Positions 1 to 11,909 of a stretch of DNA of 64,000 nt are shown here, in pieces. A program made the position numbers and the translations under genes. Source of the stretch: Podarcis melisellensis (taxonomy: Eukaryota); the NCBI GenBank assembly GCA_964234715.1, contig OZ174278.1. The stretch is one strand, 5' to 3'. The notes under the pieces are model-generated. The model was not told the origin of the DNA. It searched no databases and saw nothing but the letters and a program-made list of their open reading frames with translations. Positions within the stretch are counted from its first letter, which is position 1; each line of letters begins with the position of its first letter.

Positions 1-1854
1 TGCAACTCACCAGCCGTGAGTATCAGCCCCAAGGTGTCCTGGTTTTGCTACCTGCCTGGGTGGCTGTCCTGGGAAATGGAGAGGCACCTGAAAATCCACC
101 ATATATGGCTAGTGAGCTGCACTTCGCTTTTTACCTCACAAGTTCATGACAGAAAATGAGATAATATTATATTTATGAGGGCAACACAATCATCAGCTTA
201 ATATGAGCAAAACACAACCTGCTTGTTTCCTCCTCATAAGTTTTGTTTTGCTTTTCTGCTGTCAAAGGCATATGAAATTTAATGCTCTTTTGTGATTTCC
301 CTCCCCCCTGCTCACTTAACTCCCCCCTGCTCTATACACAAATACAAAAAGTGTGTCAGGAATATTAGAATAAAAACCTTTAAAAAATAATAGTAAGATA
401 TTTAACTCTTAAACCTAATCTGTAACCCGAGTAAAAATTATACAGTGTACATTTGTAAGCATTGGTGGAAATCATTAATTGCCTTGATATTCCAGGATAT
501 GTGCCATCTAGCTTCACAATGGGGAAATAAACAAATGCTACACTTCAGAATTGGTTGTTCCACTTTTTTTGCATTCACCTTATTTATTCTCTGCCTTAGT
601 AAGTCCTGCATAAAAGCATGCAAGCAAGCGTTTATTCTAATGGGGACCCATTAATCATTGTGGTAGGAGAGGGGAAGGACACAGAATGGGAAGATTATCT
701 TTACCTCCCATATTTCTCAAGGGATAGGAGAGAGGACAAACGTGTCTCTTCCTCCTTCTATCTTACCCCTGGAGAAATATGTGGGAAGGTGCAGGGCTAA
801 AAGAAAGGAAGATCATAATAACAGGTAATGAAACCTAATAATAGTGGAGAAACGGCGCTCTTTCCTTCTGAAAAAGAAAAGTGCAACTTGATTAGATGGC
901 TTCTAACCTCAAGTCTCAACTACTTGCCCACAGCATACAGGGTCATTATGTGAGCTATTGAATCCTATACCAACAACATCTGAATTGAGGGCCACAAGCC
1001 AGCAAGAATTGGTCTATGAGTTGCGCAGAACTAGGAGAAATCACACCGGCAATGGCTAACCTGTGAAACTCCAGATAAAAACAATCAGATACCTGGTGAT
1101 GTAAAATGTCTCTCCCTTTGAGCCTGGAGATCTGATGCCAGTCAGAGTAGACAGTACTAAGCTAGATAAACAAATATATGCACCAGGTAGAAGGCCACTT
1201 CCTATGGTGAACACATCACTTACAATAATGGGATTTATGTGCAGCCAGCTGCACAATATGACAGTTATTGATCCAAGTCTAATGATGGAAAATGCTGCCA
1301 AATGAGACAGAACAAACAAAATGGTACAGGGCATTCTTGTTTTGCATAGAAAATTTCATGGCAAGGTAGAATAGTAGTACTCTAACACATTGATTCTATT
1401 GAACATATTGAGCCATTGTTTCCCATATATACTTGTTACAGCATCTGTTGCCTCAATGCATTCTCAGCCAAGCAGAGCTCTTTCAGGTAGTAAAAAAAAA
1501 GTTAATAGGTGCTGGAACTTCACACTGATCTTGAGGCTGATGTTAATAAATATGGTCTCTGGTGAGGTGGACAGGACAGTTTATTTGAACTCTGTGGGGT
1601 CAGGGAAATGAGAACATGCAGGAGGTGATTCTCACTTGCCCTCTTGGCCCTTGCCCTTTCTGGCTTGTTTGTGTGTGTGTGTGTGTGTGTGTGTGGTGTT
1701 GTTTGTGTGACTGAATTGATCCCAGTGGTAGTTAATGCATGCTTGCATGAGGTGATGTTTCTTATCACTTTGAAGAAAGCAGTGGTGCATCCACTCACGG
1801 AAAAAAGCTGCCTGCACTCCGAGATTCTTGACAACTTCTGCCCAGTCACTAATA

Positions 1855-2085
1855 CAGTGGTACCTTGGTTCTCAAATATAATCTGTTCCAGAAGTCCGTT
1901 CGACTTCCGAAACATTCAAAAACAAAGACGTGGCTTCCAATTGGCGCCGGCACCTAAGAAACAACTGCATTGGACGTTCGGCTTCCGAAAAACATTCAGA
2001 AACTGGAACATTTACTTCCGGGTTTTCACTGCTTGGGAGCTGATTTGTTCGTCAACTAGGCTGTTCGAGAACCAAGGTTCCACTG
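1855..2085. mobile_element. Tc1/mariner-Tigger type MITE, family B
   Basis: TA|CAGTGGTACCTTGGTTCTC...GAGAACCAAGGTTCCACTG|TA. Confidence 0.88.
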
Positions 2086-2433
2086 TACTCCCTTTTCCAG
2101 GGCAAGGTGCTTGAGAGGGTGGTGGTTGTTTAGCTGCAAGCACTAAAACATATCCTATCTCAAAACTATCTCACCCTTCCCTTTTGGTCAACTGTATCAA
2201 ATTTGTCAGGGTAACTATGGATACAATTGGACAAAGTTAGCATACATGTGTTTGTGGAGATTAAAATTCTGGTTTCACAATTCAAGGTGAAGGAAGCACA
2301 CACAGATATACATATAGGAAAGAAGACATATTTAAGAGAGTGAGAGGCAATAGTAAAAGTTAAATGAAGTAGGATAAGTCTTGCTGGTGTGGATGTACCC
2401 TTAAATGCTGCAAACTACAGTAAAGCTTGTACA

Positions 2434-2583
2434 CTGTATTTTTCAGTGTATAAGATGCCACCTATTTTTAGGGACTCCAATTTAAGAAAATAGGGGGGAG
2501 ATTGTCCCGTGTATAAGACGACCCACAGTTTTTCCACATAATTTTAAAGTAAAAAACCCTAGTCTTATACACGGAAAAATACG
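2434..2583. mobile_element. Tc1/mariner (Tc2-like) MITE
   Basis: TIRs CTGTATTTTTCAGTGTATAAGA and TCTTATACACGGAAAAATACG. Confidence 0.75.
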
Positions 2584-3404
2584 TAATTGGGTTCAGGATT
2601 GCAGCTTAAATGTGCATGATCGTCTACTAGGCTTTCATCCCTGGAGTAGACTATGGGGTCCTCCAGGTCAATGAAGGGTGAGGCATATCAACAGGACAGG
2701 GGTGAGAAAGCCTGCCTTGCTAGTACTCATGCATAAATAAAAGCCCCTTTAGTTTTCAGGGCTGTCAATCCAGATCTAAATTCTTTTCTCACACATCCAC
2801 ACACACAAAAATGCAGATAGCCTGGGGGAGGCTATCATATATAACCAGGTAATCAATTTTTTAAATAAACATTTCTACAATGAAAGTACTTATAGGCCAC
2901 TTTCCTCAAACTAATGGCAAAGTCCTGTCACTGTAATAAAAGTAAATAATACATACTACTATAGTATGTGACTACAGGTTTAATTTTTAAATATCTTTCT
3001 TTCTTCTTTATATGAAAATATTGAGGAGAAAAGTACAGAATGAGTAAAAAGGAATTAACTGCAATACACTCATAGCTAAAAAACCCCTTAGTTTTCACTA
3101 GATAATGTTTGCTACAAATATGGTAATGATAGTATTGAAGTATGTACTGTTTATTGTTTTCAATGTATTGCCACCTTCCCTGTTATGACTCTAACAGGTA
3201 CTGCATATCCACTGGAATCACAGACCAGCAGTAGTATAAAACTATCCACAGCCATACTGAGCATTTCAATAGGAAAATTATGAAATTAAAATTACATATT
3301 GAAATAGTAACGTTGAATGATTTCCCATCTTATGGATTGTCTTCTGAAGCTGACAACTAAATACCATATTTTCTAAGCTCGCTAACTAGCTGGGCTAGAA
3401 GAAA

Positions 3405-3537
3405 GAGATAGCTTAGCTGGTAGAGCATAAGACTCTTCATCTCAGGGTCATGGGTTTGAGCCCCATGTTAGATAAAAGTTCCCGGCATTCCAAGGGACCC
3501 CTGTGATCCCTTCCAACCTTATGATTCTAAGAATTCT
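3405..3537 (+). mobile_element. tRNA(Lys-like)-derived SINE with CR1-type tail
   Basis: A box TAGCTTAGCTGG, GACTCTT loop, B-box-like GGTTTGAGCCC, and tail CCCTTCCAACCTTATGATTCT. Confidence 0.75.
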
Positions 3538-5079
3538 TAGTGTTGAGCCACATTTAATCAGGAAATGCTTATTCTCTTGTAGATGGCATAATGAAGTGCC
3601 AATGGCAACCTTTCTGAAATCAACTCTCAAGAAAACATTTTTTAAACAACAACAACCAAGTGATGGTGGGGAGGAACTACTTTGGGGGAGAGGCAAAGTT
3701 TAAAATTCCATATAACATTTCAGATCATAAGGCAGCCAAATGAATAAACTGATCTTACTTAAACATATTCTCAGCTATCATCACCTTACAGATCCTCATG
3801 CCCTCAATGATTGTTCATATATTTCTTTTTTAAACACATGGGTGCTAAACTCATATCAAACTTAAAGCAGAGGTCCAAGTATCAGTGTATAAGTCTCGAA
3901 TTTAGTGAACAGCACATATTTGTAATTAACTCACAAGTAAATTATATAAAAATGAACAGCTGTGAATAAAAGTTTGCAGCAGAGCCTCAACGAAGCATTT
4001 AGCTGGTGTTGTCTACACTCAGCTCTAGTGGAAAAGAGTAAGCTGCCAAAAAAAAAAAAAGTGCTGCTGAGAATTTCAAACCATATTGTACAGAAGTCAC
4101 ATCAAATTAATACTGAGGACCATTTAGAGCTTTTATTCTGAAAAGCTTTTTGAAAAGGGATTAAACTATGAAAACTCGCATGATACTAAAGTACCTATTA
4201 ATGGGTTTAGAAGGGGGGAGGAGGAACAATGAAAGTGTTATTTTTAGATAAATCGTTACTTTGTATGTAGCAGCACAAAGCATTTGCTAAGGAGATACGG
4301 CAACAGTTCTCTGGCAATATCCCACACATCTGAACACTGATTAGCAGGAGTCTTTTTGTTGTCGTTAAGAATAATCTTCTGTGAAAACGGGGTCTTACCC
4401 ATTCCACCCTTTCCCCCTCCCGCCATGACAATTTTAGGAGTTTCACTTACACTCTTGGGCAAAACATGAGAAAGCCAAGGCAATGGAACTGCTTAATGGG
4501 AGACAAAAATGCAACCCGATGAAAGTATAAGGTGGCTGTTCTGTCTTCCTCATCCTACCAACACAGTTGGCCCAATTATATGTATAATCTGAACTAGTCT
4601 GTATATCCTACATCTCCCCAAGATCTCATACCACTGTTATTTTAAAAGTTTCAATTGTATGATACCCCTAATGTGCAGAAAAATGGTGTGTTATTTATAT
4701 ATATATAGCCAGAAAACAGCATGAGCAACGAGAAGAAGGAAGCTGGGTAGCTGTCATCTCGTCAAAAATAATGAATTCTCAAGAGACTTCTAACTTTATG
4801 TCTTCCCAGTCATTTGTCCAATAACAATAGGCTACCAGGAGAGAAATGAGTAGGCATAGTGCACACACTACTTCGGCTCTGGCTTGCACCTGTAACCCCT
4901 AAACAACTATGTACCAGCTGAAACCTACAAGACAACAGGCCCAAAAGACAACTGGAAATGTTGTTCCTAGCCTGCTGTGCCTCCATTCAGTTAAAGGATG
5001 CACCACATGGTGGATGACAGCTTTGTGTCTATCCCGTCTTGCAGCCTTCCCTTCCCCCAGCCCCTTGACAGTCATGCAC

Positions 5080-6207
5080 NNNNNNNNNNNNNNNNNNNNN
5101 NNNNNNNNNNNNNNNNNNNNNNNNNNNNNNNNNNNNNNNNNNNNNNNNNNNNNNNNNNNNNNNNNNNNNNNNNNNNNNNNNNNNNNNNNNNNNNNNNNNN
5201 NNNNNNNNNNNCTTTTGCCCAAGGAAGACCAATTTACAAAAGGCGTCCACTTTGGCTGTGGGACACCAAAGAACAAGCAATGAACTGCAGCTGTCACTTA
5301 AGTTAAAAATCTAATCGACTGCTTTTTTTAAAAGAAGAAGAAGAAGAAAGGTAACTTTTTGAACAGCTTCTTCTTTGTGCAACCCTTTGGAGTGTGTTTG
5401 ACCCAAATTTAATAAGCCGTTCTTAAAGCAGAAGAGCAGCTGTACAGCAAACCTTGTGGAATGATACTAGTGTGTTCGGCGTCTTAATTATTTTAAAATG
5501 ATTACAACCACTGCTTCATTCAAGAGGCAAAAAGCTTAGAGCTCTTTGCCCAACAATGTCTTAACACAAACTGTCTGAACAGGCAGCATTCATTCGTCCT
5601 TCATGAACCCCAAAGGTCAGCTGCATTGCTGAAAACAACTCAGCAGTTTAATTGTGTTTCTTCTGAAGGAAGAGAAAGGGAGGGGGGCAAAAACTTGAGG
5701 ATTCATCCTCTGTGTGAAAACTAGCCCCCTTTTTTTTATTTGCAAGGAAATATACAGCTTAAGTACAGAGACAAGGAGTGCATGATATGCAGACAGGTGT
5801 AAAACATGAAGTAATTATAGAAGCTCAAATTAGTTCCTGGGCCTGAGGCAAAAAAGAGAACAGTGCCTTGACAAAAGGGAATANNNNNNNNNNNNNNNNN
5901 NNNNNNNNNNNNNNNNNNNNNNNNNNNNNNNNNNNNNNNNNNNNNNNNNNNNNNNNNNNNNNNNNNNNNNNNNNNNNNNNNNNNNNNNNNNNNNNNNNNN
6001 NNNNNNNNNNNNNNNNNNNNNNNAGAGGCAGGCATNNNNNNNNNNNNNNNNNNNNNNNNNNNNNNNNNNNNNNNNNNNNNNNNNNNNNNNNNNNNNNNNN
6101 NNNNNNNNNNNNNNNNNNNNNNNNNNNNNNNNNNNNNNNNNNNNNNNNNNNNNNNNNNNNNNNNNNNNNNNNNNNNNNNNNNNNNNNNNNNNNNNNNNNN
6201 NNNNNNN
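5080..6207. other. Assembly gaps at 5080-5211, 5884-6023 and 6036-6207
   Basis: Runs of N. Confidence 0.99.
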
Positions 6208-6914
6208 GTGGTACTCCTTTTGTGTATAGGCACTTTAGAAGTGCTGCCAAAACCAAAGAATTGACACCATAATAAAACAATTTGAATTTCAACCAGGTAA
6301 ATACTAGGCTTTCCAAGGGAGGAGGGAGCAGAGTGTAAGCACTACATCCATTTCATCTTATTTGAAATAAAGCTACAGGACTCTGACTTGAGACTACAGC
6401 AAGCCTATTTTTCTCAGTGCAGGTCTCTTAGATGCCATACTGACAGGCTTCTAATTAATATAATTTAATGGACAAGATCCAACATCAAGAATAGTAAGTC
6501 AACTGTTCAATATATCTGTACTGAGCAATTTTATACATTCAATGGGTGGGGGAAAGCCTATGTATGTTACGTATAGCTGGTATATCCATGATCAGACAAT
6601 AAATGAGGATGTGTTTAATTGTTGCTTTATCAGATCCAGTATCTAACCCATCATTTCCTTCCAGCTGATGTGGTAACAATATTGTAAATATGACTACAGC
6701 TTTATAAAACACATAATGGCCAGCATCCAGAGAACTCCCTGCACGAATGGGAGGCAATTTATCTTTGTGCAAGGGAGCGTGTTCTAATTCTGTGGATTGT
6801 TTGTTTCCCCCAGTACAGTCACTTGCACCATATTTCAATGCTGTTCTGGAGGTTTTTTTGGAAAGGAAACAAGAAGCTATAGTGGAAAGGAGGACACAAG
6901 ACATCCCTGTTATA

Positions 6915-6994
6915 CAGGGTGAGTCTTTTAAAAGAGGCCCCATGAAACATGTGTACTCTGTATCTACAGGGCCTCTTTTAAAGGACTCACCCTG
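6915..6994. mobile_element. 80-bp mariner-type MITE
   Basis: TA TSD; 26-bp TIR CAGGGTGAGTC(T/C)TTTAAAAGAGGCCC (25/26 match) around a 28-bp spacer. Confidence 0.85.
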
Positions 6995-7321
6995 TATGAG
7001 CAGAAGCAGCTGGCAAGTTTGGGGTGTTGGCACTAAAATGTCCTCTGGGCAGTTGCATCACTGTTGCCTACCAGTGGGTGGAGGAAGTGGCTGCAAGGTG
7101 ATAGGTCAGGTGCAAATGCACCAACAAAAGCCATCTGGTGCTCCCACCTGTGCGTCTGCACTGCACCAAGCTTGTTGCTACCATCCCCCACCTCTTCTAC
7201 CACCTAGTAAACAGCAGTGAGGCAACCTATTGGAAGCTGTGAGTGCCACTGTCCCACCACACTCTGCTACGGATGTACAGAATGGTTCTGATGGCTTTCT
7301 GGATTTCATCCCAAAATCAGG

Positions 7322-8380
7322 GAATCATAGAATTGGAATGAACCCCAACGGCTATCAAGTCTAACACTTAACTAAAGCATCTGTGACAGGTGGCCATCCA
7401 ACCTCTGCTTAAAAGCCTACGAGGAGAGTCTACTACCTTCTAAGGGAGTCCATTCCACTATCGAACAGCTCTTACCACCAGAAAGTTTTTTCCGCCTGAT
7501 GTTTAGTTGGAATCTCCTTTCTTGTAACATTGGTTTGAGTCCTACTCTCCAGAGCTTGCTTTGTCTTCCATGTGACAGCCCTTGAGATATTTGAAGATGG
7601 CTATCATATCTCCTCTCTGTCTCCTCTTTTCCAGGACAAACATATATTGTCTGGCCCATTTTTTTCCAACTTCTCCACAAGAATATCATGGGGGACTTTG
7701 TCAAAAGCCTTACTGAAATAAAGATGCACTTTGTCCACAACAGTTCCCTGATCCACCAAATTTGTAACTCTAATGAAAAAAGAAAGAAATGAGATTTGTC
7801 TGGCATGACTCGTTTTTGAAAAAAAAAAAAACCATTCTAAGTGCTCACAGACCAATGGTTTAATTATCTTTTTCAGGACCTTTCCTGGTATCAATGTCAA
7901 GCTCACTGGTCTGTAGTTACCTGGGTCTTCTTTTCCTCCCATTTTGAAGATGGGACAACTTGCCTGTTCTCCAATAATTTTTGAACATTATAGAGGCTCT
8001 GAGATTACATCTGCTTTAGTACGCTTGCGCTCATCAGGCTCTGAATATTTGAATTCATTTAAAGTAACTAGGTGTTCCCTTACTACCTCTTTTCCTATCT
8101 TGGGCTGCTGCTACCTCCTTACATCATTTATGTTATCACCAGGTTAGGCACTGCTTTCCTTTTGGTTGAAGACAGAAGCAAAAGTAGGTGTTGAGCAGTT
8201 CCACCTTCTCTCTGTAACCCAACAGCATTTCTCCGTGTTCCCCACACAAAGGACCTACCACTTGCTTCTTGTTCTTCTTACTTCGGACATTACCGAAGAA
8301 ACCTTTTTATATTATTTTTAACCTCTCTTGTAAGCCTGAGCTCATTCAGAGCTTTAGCCAGACTGACTTTCCCCCTGCAA
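7322..8380 (-). mobile_element. Degraded CR1 LINE (RT region and 3' end, with internal deletions)
   Basis: Minus-strand peptides KEDPGNYRPVSLTLIPGKVL, FSKAFDKVPHDILVEKL and LQERRFQLNIRRK; CR1-type ATTCTATGATTC tail at the left end. Confidence 0.9.
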
Positions 8381-10627
8381 CTGTTTGGGGTTATTATTAA
8401 GATAAGACATGATTGTCTGAATTGGCCCACTCTTAAAGAAAGCAATCACAGTACTTTAATATATTTTTATTTGCTGTTGTTCTTATGTAATTCTGTTTAA
8501 CATTGGGGGGGGATATGCTTAAAATATGATAAAAGTAAAGATTCCATCAGAGTTAAATTATTGTATAGTCCTTCTCATGGGACTATAAAATGATCTACTT
8601 TTAAATAGAGAATAACACAAATGTTAAATATCTCTTTAGTTGCACAAAATATTATAAACTATTATTTAATCTGTAGAATGCAATGGTTAAATATTTAGTG
8701 CTTAATATAATGAATATTCAGTGATTTCATATAATACAGATTTAGGCAATCACATTGCAATACAACCTAGTTCATCTTTTTAAGATTTTCCTGTCCGAGG
8801 CACCTGTTTAAGAAAGTAACTTGTCCGCCATATTGCTTGGGCAATGTGAACGAAAATTATTTCTGAGTTCAAACGAAGCACAAGAAGAATTCTAATTCTG
8901 AGTACGATATCAGAAAGCAAAGCTTTATAACAGTGTGAATAAAGGATAATGACATAAAATATTTCATTCATTTTAATTACTATTATTCTGTGTACTGTGC
9001 CTCAAGTATGAAATTTTTAAAGCCCAGGAACCCTTTAAAACATAACATTTCAAAAAGTAATTCATGGAAAACGCCACTGATTCCCTGCTTAACATGATAA
9101 TTTGCTTTCAGTCCCCTCTCAGATGACCTGATTTATTGTGCCATAAGCTTCTGTAGGTAATACACTAACTTTTGTCAGTCACCAATGCTACCACACTCAA
9201 ATTATTTATGCTGCTATAGACTGTTGCTAGTCTCAAATTATAGTTTATGTGGGATTTCTGCCTCCTGATTCAGAGGTTACAATACCTCACCTCTATTATT
9301 TATTTACCCTTCTCATTTATAGTTTAATAACATGCACAAGAACTTCCCTCTAAATTAAGCTCTCTCACACACGTATTATTTTATCCTAAACCAGAAGATT
9401 CTATGTTGCATAGTAAAGTTGATATTCCACCTCATCCTCTCTGTATTCTTTTACAAAATTGCCACCCCAGCAAATTTGAGTCTCGTAATTAATTACCCGG
9501 GTTCTAAGATTTAAGCTGACTTCTTGAGCCTATGGAAGTGGGATGGTGCCAGACACCCTTCGGCATGTCCAAAATATTGTGCATCATGTAACAGTCTTGC
9601 AGCAACTTTCAAGAATCAGACAAGAGACGAATAAATTACTCAGTGAACAAGCTGTGTTCCAGGCTCCATTAGTTGTAATTACACCCCAAATATGCTCAGC
9701 ACAATGCGCACATGTCAGCTGGAAGTGACACACAATAGAGCAGCCAACTTATAAACTCCTTCACGCACAGAAAGGAGTCCATAAAGCAACTGACTTTATG
9801 CATTTGGATTCATGTGATAACACCTCCTCCTGCATAAACCACCAGATCACACAGATGGGGCAAATCCAAACATGAAAATGCTTCTTTTGTTTCGGCATTG
9901 ATCTCTATTCAAGCAACAAACTGCGGAAAGCTGTGGACAAAGCACCACAATCTTTGCTCTTTTTACACCCCAGACAGTGTAACTGTTGCATAAAATAATA
10001 TATCATAACACACCTGCGGCTTGCAAGAGCTTTAAACAACAACAAAAATAAATGCTGGAAATTCTGTTCTAAAAATGGGCTACAAAAAGGGAGCAGATTA
10101 GAACACATGAAGCTTGTAAAAACAGTAACATTCGTACATATGCACGTAAGCTTGCTGCTGATTTGACCTTTCCCGTTTTTAAAAATAAAAATCTCTCCTG
10201 CCAACAGATCTTCAGAGTCTACCGCAGTTCCATATTTGTCAAGGATGAAGATCGCAGGTCAGTAAAACGTATGCCTGAATAAAATAGTAAGATTCTAACT
10301 GAGCTCTGTTCTGTGGATGAGGCCACATTACAAGTGTTTCCACAGAGTTACTCTGGTCAAACTATGGAATTGCAATGTTTTAATCACAAGGCTGACATGT
10401 TCTGTTCTAAGCAGCTATTGCTGTTTTCTCCCTTATTGGCTAGGAATTCCTATATTCCTCCAGGGTCAACCTGGCAAACTAAACAAAATGGGAGGATACC
10501 TCTTATAAGTTAGTTTCCTCTTTGCTACATGATGCAGCCTAGTCATTAAACCACCCACTTCATAGTGTATTCCTAGCTATCCTCTGGCAACTAATAACAT
10601 TACTATTGTTTATTTATAAAATGTATG

Positions 10628-10861
10628 CAGTGGTACCTCGGGTTAAATACTTAATTCGTTCCGGAGGTCCATTCTTAACCTGAAACTGTTCTTAACCTGA
10701 AGCACCACTTTAGCTAATGGGGCCTCCTGCTGCCGCCGGAGCCCGATTTCAGTTCTCATCCTGAAGCAAAGTTCTTAACCTGAAGCACTATTTCTGGGTT
10801 AGCGGAGTGTGTAACCTGAAGCGTATGTAACCTGAAGCGTATGTAACCCGAGGTACCACTG
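10628..10861. mobile_element. Tc1/mariner-Tigger type MITE, family A
   Basis: Perfect 18-bp TIR CAGTGGTACCTCGGGTTA; TA on the right and TG on the left; internal TAACCTGAAGC subrepeats. Confidence 0.9.
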
Positions 10862-11791
10862 TATACTGTTTAATATTTAAAAATCTCTTTTTTATTTAAA
10901 AATCTCTTTTTTAAAAAGCAGTTTATGTACAATATAATCGGAGGGGTCACTATAAATTCCAATATATACAAATAATAAAAGCTAAATAAGAGCAGAATAA
11001 AACTATGTCAAAGAAAGAGCTGAGAATTTCACAAAAAATGGAAATAATCATAATAATTTTGTAGCAGATTTCAAGATACTTCCATTCTCTAATTCACTGG
11101 TATATTTTGTGGCATTAATATACCTTTGGCCTATGACTACACCCTTGTTTCTCTCACTGCACACATCCAACACATGGGTTTCCCAGATCACATAATTATG
11201 GCTTTTTGTTTCCTCACCATTTACATACTGAGCCTAATTCCACCAAGTCTAGACATGGTTCAGAGCTCTTAAAACCAAGCACATATCACAAATCTATTAT
11301 GGCTTCCATTTAAGGATTATTTGGTCCACCAGTTAGTTTGCCACCCCTAAGCAAGATCAACCAAGGCCCAAACACAGTAATTCCTGTGAAGTAGGAGGAA
11401 TTTATTATTTCCTCTTTCTCAGTTTTACAGTGATCTGTCACCAATAGTGAAGGTGTAGCCAACTGCAAGGTTTTTGCAAAGTGTGGAGAAAGCCTGCAAG
11501 ACAAGCTCTTGCAATTCCATCCTTCTGGCATTGGCCATAGCTGATAGAAAGACCTCTCTGTCTGTTGCTCCCTGGCTGTGATCCCTCTAGGGCCAGGTGC
11601 ACTCCTAGAATGCTCAGCCTGGCAGAACCACTTCTAGGCAGACCATCAATCTGCAAAGTATTTACTGGAAGGATGTCAAAATCTTTGGAGGCTCCACTGT
11701 GGTTTGAGGCAATTATGGGCTTCCTAGGAAAAGGCGGGGGAGGGTGGTAAACCAGGTAAGACATATAAGACACTTTCTCTACAAAAAACAT

Positions 11792-11909
11792 AGGTAAAGG
11801 TCTAGTCGTGCCGACTCTGGGGTTGCGGCGCTCATCCTGCTTTATTGGCTGAGGGAGCCGGTGTACAGCTTCCGGGTCATGTGGCCAGCATGACTAAGCC
11901 GCTTCTGGT
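11792..11909 (-). mobile_element. Sauria SINE 3' fragment
   Basis: GGTAAAGG...GTCGTGCCGACTCTGGGGTTGCGGCGCTCATC...GGGTCATGTGGCCAGCATGACT is the reverse complement of the BovB-related Sauria SINE 3' region. Confidence 0.85.

Noticed and set aside
3405-3480. Functional tRNA-Lys gene
   Set aside because: Degenerate stems and B box followed by a CR1-like tail. It is a SINE head.
4899-6316. ORFs spanning X runs (also 56263-56697)
   Set aside because: Artefacts of N gaps.
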